Shown piece after piece: positions 1-10,781 of a stretch of 64,000 nucleotides of DNA. Source of the stretch: an uncultured Bacteroidales bacterium (GTDB lineage: Bacteria > Bacteroidota > Bacteroidia > Bacteroidales > BM520); the NCBI GenBank assembly GCA_964474455.1, contig CAYYSU010000007.1:760-64759 (forward strand), in the 5' to 3' direction. Every line of letters begins with the position of its first letter. The first letter of the stretch is position 1. Under the pieces are notes generated by a model. It had not been told where the DNA came from, made no database searches, and saw only the letters and a program-made list of their open reading frames with translations. Both the position numbers and the translations under genes were made by a program.

Positions 1-158
1 CAGTGCACAATACCAGTCAAAATGAAGCGTTATCAGCATTGACAGCACTGGGATTTAATAAAACAGTAGCAGAAAAAGCTGTCCAACGCGTATTAAAAGT
101 TACAGATAGTAGTGCTTCAGTGGGAGTTATTGTCAAGGAAGCACTTAAAATACTGTAA
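1..158 (+). CDS. ruvA: Holliday junction branch migration protein RuvA, C-terminal fragment (5' end lies outside the window)
   Basis: Frame 3 is open from the window edge and reads ...NEALSALTALGFNKTVAEKAVQRVLKVTDSSASVGVIVKEALKIL, with stop TAA at 156-158. This matches the RuvA domain III pattern (E. coli ...AVAALVALGYKPQEASRMV...REALRAAL). Confidence 0.75.
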   Translation, partial: VHNTSQNEALSALTALGFNKTVAEKAVQRVLKVTDSSASVGVIVKEALKIL

Positions 159-198
159 CAAAACTAAAAAGCCGTGGCAGCGATTTCGGGAAATACAT

Positions 199-206
199 TA
201 TCTTTG
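199..206 (+). promoter_or_regulatory. Bacteroidota sigma-A -7 box TATCTTTG (TAnnTTTG consensus) upstream of sprA
   Basis: Exact TATCTTTG octamer at 199-206, about 95 nt upstream of the sprA start. Confidence 0.4.
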
Positions 207-300
207 CCCGCTGAATTTATTATTATGTGTTGGAAAAGGCTTTACATCATTGTGTTGTGTAAGCTTTTAATTAGTAACAAAAAAAACATCTGACAGCAAT

Positions 301-3300
301 TTGAAGGGGCGAAAAAAATATATCTGTCTGTTTAGTCTTATTATATCAGTATCTTCACTGGTATTATCTAAAAACATGGCATATGCTGCCAAAGAGTTTA
401 TCCCGTTTATTCCTCAGGCATCGCCTGATAGTACATACACACCAGATTCCACATTAATTTTCCCTTTTGGTGATGAGTGGGGCTATCCAACTATACCCAA
501 AGATGAGAGTGGACTTTACCTTAAAGATCCTCCCAACATCACCAGTGATGTGGAGTATGATCCGGAGACCAACCAATACATACTTCACCGCAGAGTAGGA
601 AATATGGAATACCGAAATCCTGTGAAGATGGATTTTGAAGAGTATTTGGAATATAATGAGCGGCAGTCTGTTCATAAATATTGGCGGGAGCGCTCGGCAC
701 AGAGCGGCCAGGATATGCGTACCGGATTGATTCCGGAATTCCGTATTAGTGGTGAAGCCTTTGACAGAATCTTCGGTAGTAACACCATCGAGGTAAGGCC
801 TCAGGGCTCTGCAGAGCTGATATTCGGGGTGCTCTCAAACAGACGCGACGATCCTGCTCTTGATGTACGACAACGACGTACCACTAACTTCGACTTCCAG
901 ATGAAGATACAAATGTCGGTGATGGCGAAAATTGGTGATAAAATAGAGTTTAATACCAACTATAACACAGAAGCAACATTTGATTTTGAGAATAAACTCA
1001 AACTGGCTTATGAAGGTAAAGAGGATGAAATCATCCAGCTTATCGAAGCCGGTGATGTGACACTGCCCCTTAACAGTACACTCATAACAGGTAGTCAAAG
1101 CCTTTTTGGTATAAAAACCAAGCTACGCTTTGGCCGCGCCACAGTAACAGCAGTCTTTTCGGAACAGGAGAGTGAAACGCAAAACATCAGCGTTCAGGGT
1201 GGAGCTCAAACCACTGAATATAGCCTAAAAGCTGATGATTATGAAGAGAATAAACACTTCTTCCTGTCGCAATATTTCCGTGATAATTATGAAAAAGCTC
1301 TCTCCACACTTCCTATCATATCATCAAATGTAAATATTACCAAGATAGAAGTATGGGTGACTAATATTGGTGCTGCAAACACTGAAAACCGTAATATTAT
1401 TGCTTTTTCCGACATTGGTGAGTACAATGCATATAACACCAACATCTTATCCAACGGCAATAACCGTTTCCCTGATAATGAATCCAACTCTATGCTTTTT
1501 GACTTGGACACCAACCAAATCAGAAATATAAATACTGCATATAATTATCTTTTAAACAACAGCCTTGATTTCACACAGGGAATAGATTTTGAAAAAGTTG
1601 AGAATGCAAGAAAGCTCTCGCCATCAGAATTCACCTTCAACTCATCACTTGGTTTTATCTCACTTAATACCTCGCTAAACTCCGACCAGGTGCTTGCTGT
1701 TGCTTATCAATACACTGTAAATGATGCCATTTACCAGGTTGGTGAATTCTCCGATCAGGGTATTATAAGCCCTAACACACTGATGGTAAAACTACTACGA
1801 AGCACCACTATCAACACAAAAATTCCCATGTGGGATTTGATGATGAAAAATGTGTATTCTATTGGTGCTTACCAGGTTAACAGAGAAGATTTTATCCTTA
1901 ATATCTTATACGCCGGAAACAATAATGGCGTGCCCACAGGTTATCTTACTGAAGGCCCGGAAGATGTACAAGGAGTACCCCTATTAAGGGTTCTGAATCT
2001 TGACAACCTCGACCAACAGCTTAACCCGCCTCATGACGGAGCGTTTGACTTCATCGACAATGCAGCCACCAACGGTGGTACAATAAACTCCGCCAATGGA
2101 CGAATATTCTTTACTGTCCTGGAGCCATTCGGGTCATATCTCAGATCAAAACTCACCGATGATATTGCAAATAAATATTGTTACGACTCGCTTTACTCGC
2201 TTACCAAAACCGGGGCACGACAATATCCTGACAAAAACAAGTTTTATATTGAGGGGATGTACAAATCCTCCAGCGGATCGGAAATCAACCTCAATGCATT
2301 TAATATCCCTCAAGGATCTGTAAAAGTAACAGCAGGTGGCACCCAGCTTACCGAAAACGTACAATATACTGTTGATTATACTCTTGGCCGTGTAACAATT
2401 ATTGACGAGGGGATTCTGAATTCAGGTACTCCTATCAATATCTCTTTGGAGAATAACAGTATGTTTGCCATTCAAACACAGACACTGGCAGGTTTCCATG
2501 TTGATTACAATGTTAACGACAACATGAACCTTGGTGCCACCCTTCTCAACCTGCATGAGCATCCCATCACACAAAAAACAAACTACGGCGACGAGCCAAT
2601 CTCAAATACTATCTGGGGTATCGACCTTCAATACCAGAAGGAATCACCTTTCATAACCAAGATGGTGGATCTTCTTCCATTCTATAGCACAAAAGTACCT
2701 TCCATGGTTAGTGTGGATGGTGAATTTGCACACTTCATCCCGGGTCACAGCAAGGCCATTGGCAGCAGCGGAACATCATATATAGATGATTTTGAAGGTA
2801 GTAAATCTACCATCGATCTGAAAAATATTGGAACATGGTTTCTTGCAAGTACTCCTGCCAACAGACCCGAGTATTCCTCCGGAACCCTGGAGTATGGTTT
2901 TAACAGGGCAAAGCTCGCATGGTATATTATTGATCCTCTATTTTATCAGAAGCAAGGCAACCTGAAGCCTCCCAACATAAGCAACGAGGAGCTTTCCAAC
3001 CATTACGTTCGTATGGTTAGAGAGAAAGAGGTGTTCCCAAATGCCCAGGCACCAAACGGTCAGCAGATGAACCTGGCGGTATTTAATCTGGCATATTATC
3101 CGGATGAACGCGGGCCATACAACTTCACTGTTGACGGACTAGACACCGATGGCTCACTGTTGAACCCGCGTGAGAACTGGGGTGGCGCAATGAGAAAAAT
3201 TGAAACCACTGACTTTGAGGCCACGAACGTTGAATACCTCGAGTTTTGGCTTATGGATCCCTTTGCCGACCCCGATGGTGACGGACCGCTGGAACCTATC

Positions 3301-6300
3301 AATAGCACTGGTGGTAAGCTCATGATCAACCTTGGTGATATCTCAGAAGATATCCTTAAGGATTCAAGAAAATCATTTGAAAACGGCCTACCACTTAACG
3401 CAACAGATATTACTGATGTAGATACAACCATCTGGGGACGGGTTTCCACACTCCAGAACCTGGTAAACTCCTTTGATAACGATCCTAATGCCCGTCCTTT
3501 TCAGGATGTGGGATACGACGGACTGAGAAACGAAGATGAGCGTACATTCTTTGAAGAGTCATATATCAATAAACTTATTGATAGATTCGGAACCGTTGGC
3601 GCTCCAGCAGTACAGGCTGCTTATGAAGATCCTTCGGGTGATGATTACCACTATTTCCGTGGATTCGATTATGATGCAGATGACAAGTACTCTTCTATTT
3701 TAGAGCGATACAAGCAGTTCAATGGCACTGACGGCAACTCCCCTACCCCTGAATCAACGGAAGAGCCTTATCCAACACTTGCTACAACAATTCCGAACAT
3801 GGAAGATATCAACAAGGATAACACTCTCAGTGAATCAAATAACTATTACGAATATGAAATCGATCTGCGTCCTGAGAATATGGAGATAGGTGAAAACTAT
3901 ATCTCTGATATTTATACTGCAAATGGTATAGTTCTGGATAATGGCACCCGTGGTTCGGTCAATTGGTATCAGTTTAAAGTACCTGTCTCCAACCCGACAC
4001 GTGTAATAGGTTCTATCCAGGATTTCACATCTATTCGTTTTATCAGGCTCTTTATGACAGATTTCTCAGAGATGTGCGTGCTTCGTTTTGGAACCCTGGA
4101 GCTGGTTCGTGGAGAGTGGAGAAGATACAATTATGATCTTCTCTCTCCGGGAGAATACATCCCAAATGATATCACTAACGACACCCGACTTGATGTAAGC
4201 ACAGTAAGTATTGAAGAAAATGGTGGCGCTACCGACCGTGTTCCTTATGTGCTGCCTCCCGGAATCCTGCGCGAAAAAAACATTAATACTACAAACCTTC
4301 AGGAAGAGAATGAGCAGTCTATGTCGATGACTATTTATGATCTTATCGATGGCGATGCCAGGGCGGCATACAAAAACACAGATTTCGACTTCAGGCAATT
4401 CAAGACGATGAAGATGTTCATCCATGCTCAGGCTCTCTCCAGGGAAGATGATGCCCGTTATAGCGGAATTTCCGGTGCCTTAACAGTATTTCTACGCCTT
4501 GGAGCCGACTTCACAGAAAACTACTACGAATATGAGATTCCTATTGAGTTTACTCCATGGGGAACATCATCTGTTAATGATGAAATTATCTGGCCGGAGT
4601 CAAATATGATGGAGCTAAGTCTGGAGAGATTGGTAGAGGTAAAACAGAATCGCAATTCAAACATCAGTAATCCTGATGCCAACGTATCTTACAACACCCC
4701 ATATTGGGAAAATGACGGTAAAAACAAGATCACTGTTGTGGGCACACCAAGCCTTAGCGACGTTCGTGTGATAATGCTGGGTGTGCGTAACCCTAAAAAG
4801 CAGCTTATTTCTGACCCTGATGACGGACTCCCTATGAGTGCGGAGATATGGATTAATGAACTTCGTATGACCGACTTCGATGAGTCCGGAGGATGGGCCG
4901 CCACAGCGCGTATGAATGCCAACCTTGCGGATCTTGGTAACGTCTCAGTGTCGGGTTTATATAGCACTCCCGGATTTGGGTCTATAGAGAAAAAAGTTAA
5001 TGAAAGAGCGCAGGAAACAACAATAAACTGGGACTTCGCCACTAACGTAGAGCTTGGAAAATTCTTCAAGGAAGAGTCAGGGATAAAGATACCTATGCAC
5101 TTCGATATCTCCGAATCGCGACTATCACCGGAATATAATCCCTTGGATCCTGATATCTATCTTAAAGATGACCTGGCACTCCTTGAACCGGCAGGACGCG
5201 ACTCGCTGAAGAAAATGACTCAGGATTACACCATGCGTAAGAACATAAACTTTGTGAATGTTCGTAAGGATAGATCGGGTGGTATGAGAGAAGATGGTAC
5301 CATGAGGGCTCCAATGCCCTGGGATGTCTCCAACTTCGACTTTACATACTCATATTCAGAAATATATCACAGAAACATTGATATTGAATATGATATAAGA
5401 AAACAGTACCGCGGTGGTGTAGGTTATAATTTCAGCACCCAGCCCAAACAGATAAAACCTTTTGGAAACATTAAATTCCTAAATAAAAAAGCCTTCGCCC
5501 TGATACGGGATTTCAACTTCTATCTACTGCCTAAGATGTTCTCTTTCAGAACTGATGTGGATAGACAGTTTACAGAGAAGAAACTTAGAAATAAAAGCCG
5601 TGGTGACATCATCATCGATCCGACATATATGAAGGATTTCGACTGGACAAGGCTTTATAACCTGAAGTACGATGTGGCTCAATCCATAAAACTGGATTAT
5701 TCTGCAAGTGCATTATCATACATTGATGAACCACCGGGATTACCTCAAAGAGACAGCATCTATGATCAGATGAAGGGCTTAGGTACTATGAATAACTATA
5801 ATCAAAATTTCAGCGTTAACTGGAATGTACCGATAAACAAGATTCCTTTGATGAACTGGGTTGGGTTAACCACTCGTTATGATGCAACATACCGCTGGAC
5901 GGCATCACCCCAATCAGTACAGTCTGTGTTAGGTAATACTGTTGAGAATTCACGTAATGCTACTGTTAATACTAATATCCGGCTCTCTTCTCTATACAAG
6001 AACATCCCTTACGTGAAGAACCTGGGAAATAAAAAAACCAGCAGAACCACCAAGGATCCCAGAAACAGCAGAACGCAAAGAACAAATCCTGATGATACGC
6101 CGCAAGCTGATTCACTAAAAAAAGATAAGCCACGAATAAACTTCGTAAAAGAGGGTTTTGATGGTCTTTTAATGATGATATTCGGTGTTAAAGATGCCTC
6201 GCTGGCATATACTCGAAACAGTGGTAACCGCATGCCGGGCTTTATGCCAGAACCCAGTATTTTAGGCAATCGTACCACTGATTGGTCACCGGGAATGGAT

Positions 6301-7554
6301 TATGTATTTGGGTTTAATCAGGATATAAGAGATCGCTCCGTAGCAAATGGATGGCTATCACAAGATACACTCAACAACAATCAATTTATAAATAACTTTT
6401 CTGAAAATATAAGCTATCGGGTAAACTATGAGCCATTCAAGAACTTCAGGTTTGAAATTACCGGTACCAAGCGGACATCAGAGAACTACAGCGAGATTTT
6501 CAAAGCCGACCCATACGGCCAATATCAGTCATACTCTGCAGCACGTAACGGATCGTACTCTGTCTCCATTATTACCTGGAACACAGCATTTGGCAACGAT
6601 GAGTTGGAAGATAATATGTCGGCGAATTTCGAAAAGATGAAATCCAGCCGCCTGGAAATAGCAACACGCATGGCCGAGCAGAATCCCAACTGGGTAAATG
6701 CCGGCAAACCGATGATGCAGGATAGTATCTCCGGACAAATGTACCCCGTAGGTTATGGCCCCACAAAACAGGATGTTCTTATCCCGGCATTCCTTGCAGC
6801 ATATACCGGAACAGAAACATCTAGAATTGGAATGACATCATTCCCTGTCATTCCTATGCCTAACTGGCGACTTACATGGAATGGACTTACTCAGATACCA
6901 TGGATAAAGCAGTACTTTAGAAATATCAATATTTCACATAGTTATAAATCAACTTATAACATTGGGTCGTATCAAACAAACCTCTTATATGAAGAGCTAT
7001 TTGGATATCCCGTAGCCATCGATGATGCAGGGAATTATATCTCTGAAAACCTGATGAATGTGGTCACTATATCCGAACAATTTGCTCCTCTTATCAACTT
7101 TGATATCACGATGGTAAACAGCCTTTTAGCGCGTTTTGAGATTAAGAAATCAAGAAATCTTACTATGAGTTTTGCTAATAACCAGCTCACAGAAATTAAG
7201 AGTAGTGAATATATTGTTGGTTTGGGATACCGCTTTCAGGATGTGGAATTCACCATACGGACTGTTGGTGGCACGGGCAAAAAAAGCCGTGTTAAAAGCG
7301 ACCTCAATCTGAAGATTGACTTTTCTATGAGGGATAACAAAACAATGCTACGCCGCTTGGATGAAGAGGTAAACCAGGCTTCTTCCGGCCAAAGGATCTT
7401 CTCTATTAATACATCGGCAGATTATCAGATGAACAGAAACCTTACTCTGCGGCTCTTCTACGATCAAACATTAACAAAACCACATATTGCAAGTCAGTAT
7501 CCAAACTCTACGATCAATTCAGGTCTAAGTGTTAGGTTTACTCTTGCTCAATAG
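301..7554 (+). CDS. sprA: T9SS outer-membrane translocon SprA (Sov)
   Basis: 2417-aa ORF with a TTG start and signal peptide MKGRKKYICLFSLIISVSSLVLSKNMAYA. SprA-typical stretches are FDFENKLKLAYEGKEDEIIQLIEAGDVTLP, IPMWDLMMKNVYSIG and the C-terminal GLSVRFTLAQ. Size matches the ~2400-aa SprA of Flavobacterium. Confidence 0.9.
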   Translation: MKGRKKYICLFSLIISVSSLVLSKNMAYAAKEFIPFIPQASPDSTYTPDSTLIFPFGDEWGYPTIPKDESGLYLKDPPNITSDVEYDPETNQYILHRRVGNMEYRNPVKMDFEEYLEYNERQSVHKYWRERSAQSGQDMRTGLIPEFRISGEAFDRIFGSNTIEVRPQGSAELIFGVLSNRRDDPALDVRQRRTTNFDFQMKIQMSVMAKIGDKIEFNTNYNTEATFDFENKLKLAYEGKEDEIIQLIEAGDVTLPLNSTLITGSQSLFGIKTKLRFGRATVTAVFSEQESETQNISVQGGAQTTEYSLKADDYEENKHFFLSQYFRDNYEKALSTLPIISSNVNITKIEVWVTNIGAANTENRNIIAFSDIGEYNAYNTNILSNGNNRFPDNESNSMLFDLDTNQIRNINTAYNYLLNNSLDFTQGIDFEKVENARKLSPSEFTFNSSLGFISLNTSLNSDQVLAVAYQYTVNDAIYQVGEFSDQGIISPNTLMVKLLRSTTINTKIPMWDLMMKNVYSIGAYQVNREDFILNILYAGNNNGVPTGYLTEGPEDVQGVPLLRVLNLDNLDQQLNPPHDGAFDFIDNAATNGGTINSANGRIFFTVLEPFGSYLRSKLTDDIANKYCYDSLYSLTKTGARQYPDKNKFYIEGMYKSSSGSEINLNAFNIPQGSVKVTAGGTQLTENVQYTVDYTLGRVTIIDEGILNSGTPINISLENNSMFAIQTQTLAGFHVDYNVNDNMNLGATLLNLHEHPITQKTNYGDEPISNTIWGIDLQYQKESPFITKMVDLLPFYSTKVPSMVSVDGEFAHFIPGHSKAIGSSGTSYIDDFEGSKSTIDLKNIGTWFLASTPANRPEYSSGTLEYGFNRAKLAWYIIDPLFYQKQGNLKPPNISNEELSNHYVRMVREKEVFPNAQAPNGQQMNLAVFNLAYYPDERGPYNFTVDGLDTDGSLLNPRENWGGAMRKIETTDFEATNVEYLEFWLMDPFADPDGDGPLEPINSTGGKLMINLGDISEDILKDSRKSFENGLPLNATDITDVDTTIWGRVSTLQNLVNSFDNDPNARPFQDVGYDGLRNEDERTFFEESYINKLIDRFGTVGAPAVQAAYEDPSGDDYHYFRGFDYDADDKYSSILERYKQFNGTDGNSPTPESTEEPYPTLATTIPNMEDINKDNTLSESNNYYEYEIDLRPENMEIGENYISDIYTANGIVLDNGTRGSVNWYQFKVPVSNPTRVIGSIQDFTSIRFIRLFMTDFSEMCVLRFGTLELVRGEWRRYNYDLLSPGEYIPNDITNDTRLDVSTVSIEENGGATDRVPYVLPPGILREKNINTTNLQEENEQSMSMTIYDLIDGDARAAYKNTDFDFRQFKTMKMFIHAQALSREDDARYSGISGALTVFLRLGADFTENYYEYEIPIEFTPWGTSSVNDEIIWPESNMMELSLERLVEVKQNRNSNISNPDANVSYNTPYWENDGKNKITVVGTPSLSDVRVIMLGVRNPKKQLISDPDDGLPMSAEIWINELRMTDFDESGGWAATARMNANLADLGNVSVSGLYSTPGFGSIEKKVNERAQETTINWDFATNVELGKFFKEESGIKIPMHFDISESRLSPEYNPLDPDIYLKDDLALLEPAGRDSLKKMTQDYTMRKNINFVNVRKDRSGGMREDGTMRAPMPWDVSNFDFTYSYSEIYHRNIDIEYDIRKQYRGGVGYNFSTQPKQIKPFGNIKFLNKKAFALIRDFNFYLLPKMFSFRTDVDRQFTEKKLRNKSRGDIIIDPTYMKDFDWTRLYNLKYDVAQSIKLDYSASALSYIDEPPGLPQRDSIYDQMKGLGTMNNYNQNFSVNWNVPINKIPLMNWVGLTTRYDATYRWTASPQSVQSVLGNTVENSRNATVNTNIRLSSLYKNIPYVKNLGNKKTSRTTKDPRNSRTQRTNPDDTPQADSLKKDKPRINFVKEGFDGLLMMIFGVKDASLAYTRNSGNRMPGFMPEPSILGNRTTDWSPGMDYVFGFNQDIRDRSVANGWLSQDTLNNNQFINNFSENISYRVNYEPFKNFRFEITGTKRTSENYSEIFKADPYGQYQSYSAARNGSYSVSIITWNTAFGNDELEDNMSANFEKMKSSRLEIATRMAEQNPNWVNAGKPMMQDSISGQMYPVGYGPTKQDVLIPAFLAAYTGTETSRIGMTSFPVIPMPNWRLTWNGLTQIPWIKQYFRNINISHSYKSTYNIGSYQTNLLYEELFGYPVAIDDAGNYISENLMNVVTISEQFAPLINFDITMVNSLLARFEIKKSRNLTMSFANNQLTEIKSSEYIVGLGYRFQDVEFTIRTVGGTGKKSRVKSDLNLKIDFSMRDNKTMLRRLDEEVNQASSGQRIFSINTSADYQMNRNLTLRLFYDQTLTKPHIASQYPNSTINSGLSVRFTLAQ

Positions 7555-7590
7555 CAGGAACATTTATATTTGATTGTGATAAAAAAAATG

Positions 7591-7598
7591 TACTTTTG
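7591..7598 (+). promoter_or_regulatory. -7 box TACTTTTG upstream of gcvH (a second match, TATATTTG, lies at 7565-7572)
   Basis: Exact TAnnTTTG match 30 nt upstream of the ATG at 7628. Confidence 0.4.
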
Positions 7599-7627
7599 AC
7601 GTCATATTAATTTTAAATACTAATACC

Positions 7628-8008
7628 ATGAACGTACCTGATAATCTTAAATTCACAAAAGATCACGAATGGCTGAAAATTGAAGGCCACGAAGCTTTAA
7701 TCGGTGTAACAGATTTTGCACAAAGCCAATTAGGTGATATCGTTTTCGTTGATGTTGATACTGAAGGCGAAACGCTGGAAAAAGAAGAAACTCTCGGCAC
7801 AATAGAAGCTGTAAAAACAGTTACTGATGTTTATATGCCTATTGCTGGTAAAATACTTGAATTCAACAGCAAACTGGAAGAAGAAGCTGAGCTTATCAAT
7901 AAAGATCCTTATGGTGAAGGTTGGATTGTAAAAATCAAAATCACCAACCCAGCAGATTTGGAAGAGCTCATCTCTGCTGAAGCTTATAAAGAACTTATCA
8001 GCGCATAA
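7628..8008 (+). CDS. gcvH: Glycine cleavage system protein H
   Basis: 126 aa. LKFTKDHEWLKIEGHEALIGVTDFAQSQLGDIVFVDV and the lipoyl-lysine context TIEAVKTVTDVYMP are typical of GcvH. Confidence 0.93.
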   Translation: MNVPDNLKFTKDHEWLKIEGHEALIGVTDFAQSQLGDIVFVDVDTEGETLEKEETLGTIEAVKTVTDVYMPIAGKILEFNSKLEEEAELINKDPYGEGWIVKIKITNPADLEELISAEAYKELISA

Positions 8009-8020
8009 CACAATATTAAA

Positions 8021-8053
8021 AAACAGGTATCTATTAACAGGTACCTGTTTTTG
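8021..8053 (+). terminator. Rho-independent terminator after gcvH
   Basis: Stem AAACAGGTA (8021-8029) pairs with TACCTGTTT (8042-8050). An inner palindrome AACAGGTACCTGTT is present, and the stem runs into a T tract. Confidence 0.65.
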
Positions 8054-8213
8054 CAATATCTAAATACAGATCAACGTTATTATATAAGAAACAGAGGTAT
8101 TCTTAAATTATTTATTCTGTTAAATTTTACTATAGGGATTCCTTTCTATCAAAAAAAATAGTAATTTAGCATCGATTATGAGTAATTAGATAATACTTAA
8201 CATTAAAAATATT

Positions 8214-8891
8214 ATGGAAGCTAAAAAGTCTCCTAAAGCAGACCTGGAAAATAAGCGCATACTATTTCTCGAAATTGGTATGATAATTACGCTGGCAGTA
8301 GTTTTACTGGCTTTCGAATGGAGAAAATACGATGTTACAGTCGTTGAGATGGGAGCCCGTGAAGCTGTTGAGCAGGTTGAAGAGATTATTATCAACACCA
8401 AGCAGGAAGTTAAGCCACCGCCACCAAAACCTCCTCCAACCACTACCGTTCTGAACATTGTGGAAGATGATGTGGAGATTGAAAATGAGCTTATCATTGA
8501 CGTGGAAGCTGACGAAGAGATGGAGATAGAAGAATACGTGCCCATTGAAGTAGAAGAAGAAGAGGTTGAGGAAGAAGAGATTTTCCTGGTAGTTGAGCAG
8601 CAGCCTGAATTCCCCGGCGGAGAAAAGGCTCGTTTAACGTATCTTTCTAATAACATTAATTACCCGCAGATGGCTCGCGAAAGCAATATACAGGGAACTG
8701 TTTATGTCTCTTTTGTTGTAGAACCTAATGGTAGTATTTCCAACGTAGCTATTATGAGACCTATCGGTGGTGGTTGTGACGAAGAAGCTATGCGCGTAGT
8801 ACAAGAGATGCCTTCATGGATTCCCGGCAAACAGCGTGGTCGTGCTGTAAGGGTTCGTTTTACCATGCCTATTAAATTTACACTCCAATAG
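8214..8891 (+). CDS. Energy transducer TonB-family protein
   Basis: 225 aa. N-terminal TM helix (ILFLEIGMIITLAVVLLAF), Pro-rich linker KPPPPKPPPTTT, an acidic stretch, and a TonB C-terminal domain (PEFPGGEKA...GTVYVSFVVEPNGSISNV...VRVRFTMPIKF). Confidence 0.8.
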   Translation: MEAKKSPKADLENKRILFLEIGMIITLAVVLLAFEWRKYDVTVVEMGAREAVEQVEEIIINTKQEVKPPPPKPPPTTTVLNIVEDDVEIENELIIDVEADEEMEIEEYVPIEVEEEEVEEEEIFLVVEQQPEFPGGEKARLTYLSNNINYPQMARESNIQGTVYVSFVVEPNGSISNVAIMRPIGGGCDEEAMRVVQEMPSWIPGKQRGRAVRVRFTMPIKFTLQ

Positions 8892-8916
8892 CAATATCTA
8901 TTTTTATATAATACTC

Positions 8917-8944
8917 AAGCCGTCACAATATGACGGCTTTTTTT
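8917..8944. terminator. Hairpin terminator between convergent tonB-like gene and uvrC
   Basis: AAGCCGTCA (8917-8925), loop CAATA, TGACGGCTT (8931-8939), followed by a T run that overlaps the uvrC stop codon. Confidence 0.65.
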
Positions 8945-10781
8945 ATTCCCTTGAAAAATAATCGACAAGCTTTTTTGCCTTCGATTTCCCTATCACGCCG
9001 GCCAGTGTATCTTCATTGGTTTCTTTTATCTTTTTCAATGACTTGAATCTCTTGAGTAATAACGTTGCCGTAGCATCACCTATTCCGGGAATATCCGTCA
9101 GGGAAGTCTTTATGGTTCCTTTATCACGTTGGTTTCTGTGAAACGCAATACCAAAGCGGTGAGCTTCATAACGCAAACGCTGCAGTATCTTCAGGGTTTC
9201 AGATTTTTTATCCAAATACAAAGGAAGAGAATCTCCAGGGTAATAGAGCTCTTCCAGACGCTCGGCAATACCAATAATTGCAATCTTTCCTCTCAACTCC
9301 AATCTCTCCAGACTCTTCAATGCAGCACTCAACTGCCCCTTTCCTCCATCAACAAGTATCAGCTGCGGCAGTGTTTCCTTTTCACGTAAAAGCCGACTGT
9401 ATCTGCGGTATATAATCTCCTCCATAGAGGCAAAATCATCAGGTCCTTCAACAGTTTTAATATGATAATGCCGATACTCCTTTTTAGAGGGTTTACCATC
9501 ACGGAAACATACCATTGCCGCAACGGGATAAGATCCATGGAAGTTACTATTATCAAAGCACTCTATATGCCGGGGTTCCTCCGTCAAACGAAGATCTTTC
9601 TTCATGGTTCCCATGATACGCCGCGAGTGACGATCAGGATCCACAAGATCTTTACGTTTTTGCTTCTCCAATCTGTAAAACTTAACATTACGCATCGAAA
9701 GATCCAGCAGTGATCTCTTGTCTCCTCTTTGCGGCACGGTATATTTAACACCTTCCAACTCAATCTCAGGAACAAAAGGCACTACAATCTCAGCCGAATT
9801 ACTCTTGAAACGCTCTCGTAATTCAGAGACAGCAAAGATCAAAAGCTCTTCATCACTCTCATCGAGTTTCTTCTTTAGCTCCACAGTGTGTGTCTGAACA
9901 ATGGCTCCATTCACAACCTTTAGGAAATTAACATACCCTGATTTTTCATCCGACTGCAATGAAACCACATCCACATTATGGATAGAAGAACTTACAATGG
10001 TAGATTTACTTTTATAAGACTCCAGCATGATAAGTTTCTCTTTCACTGTCTGGGCTTTTTCGAACTCCATATTTGCAGCATACTCAGCCATAATCTTTTT
10101 CAACTGCATGATAACTTCACCGATATTACCTTTTATTATTGAGCGAATGTGGGATATGGACTCATTGTACTCCTCCTCTGTTTGCAATCCCTCACATGGA
10201 GCCAAACAATTTTTAATATGATATTGCAGACAGAGAGAGAATTTCTCTGCATCAATATTTTGCTGCGAAAGGTTATACTTGCAGGTTCTTAATTGGTAGA
10301 GTTGCCTAACAAGTTCCAGCAGGGTATTCATAAGTTTTACAGATGCAAAAGGACCATAATACTCGGATCCGTCTTTCACGGGATTTCGTGTGGAAAAAAC
10401 CCTTGGGAAGCGTTCCTTTTTTATACATATCCAGGGGAAAGTTTTATCGTCCTTCAAAAGTATGTTATACCTGGGCTGATACTTCTTAATGAGGTTGTTC
10501 TCCAGAAGCAGGGCATCAGTCTCAGTATCTACTACCGTGGTTTTAATATCGTGGATATGCGACACCAGTATCCGCACCTTTCCCGGACGTGAAGCTTCCT
10601 TGTTAAAATATGAGGCCACGCGCTTTCGCAGGCTTTTAGCCTTCCCGACATAGATAATAACATTCTCTTCATTATAATAGCGGTACACTCCCGGGCTGTC
10701 GGGCAGCGACCTGACAATAATATTCAGTTTTTCCAAACGGGAGAGTTCAGCCATACTTAGTCTTTCTTCAAATGATTCCAA
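8943..10781 (-). CDS. uvrC: Excinuclease ABC subunit C
   Basis: 612 aa. GIY-YIG N-terminus (PGVYRYYNEENVIIYVGKAKSLRKRV), UVR domain, RNase H-like endonuclease domain and C-terminal HhH (IPGIGDATATLLLKRF). An alternative start at M10 (10754) would remove the 25-nt overlap with thiL. Confidence 0.93.
   Translation of the reverse strand: MESFEERLSMAELSRLEKLNIIVRSLPDSPGVYRYYNEENVIIYVGKAKSLRKRVASYFNKEASRPGKVRILVSHIHDIKTTVVDTETDALLLENNLIKKYQPRYNILLKDDKTFPWICIKKERFPRVFSTRNPVKDGSEYYGPFASVKLMNTLLELVRQLYQLRTCKYNLSQQNIDAEKFSLCLQYHIKNCLAPCEGLQTEEEYNESISHIRSIIKGNIGEVIMQLKKIMAEYAANMEFEKAQTVKEKLIMLESYKSKSTIVSSSIHNVDVVSLQSDEKSGYVNFLKVVNGAIVQTHTVELKKKLDESDEELLIFAVSELRERFKSNSAEIVVPFVPEIELEGVKYTVPQRGDKRSLLDLSMRNVKFYRLEKQKRKDLVDPDRHSRRIMGTMKKDLRLTEEPRHIECFDNSNFHGSYPVAAMVCFRDGKPSKKEYRHYHIKTVEGPDDFASMEEIIYRRYSRLLREKETLPQLILVDGGKGQLSAALKSLERLELRGKIAIIGIAERLEELYYPGDSLPLYLDKKSETLKILQRLRYEAHRFGIAFHRNQRDKGTIKTSLTDIPGIGDATATLLLKRFKSLKKIKETNEDTLAGVIGKSKAKKLVDYFSRE

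Noticed and set aside
8186-8656. 156-aa Ser-rich minus-strand ORF.
   Set aside because: It is the antisense reading of the GAA/GAG-rich acidic linker of the TonB-like gene. It is a low-complexity artefact.
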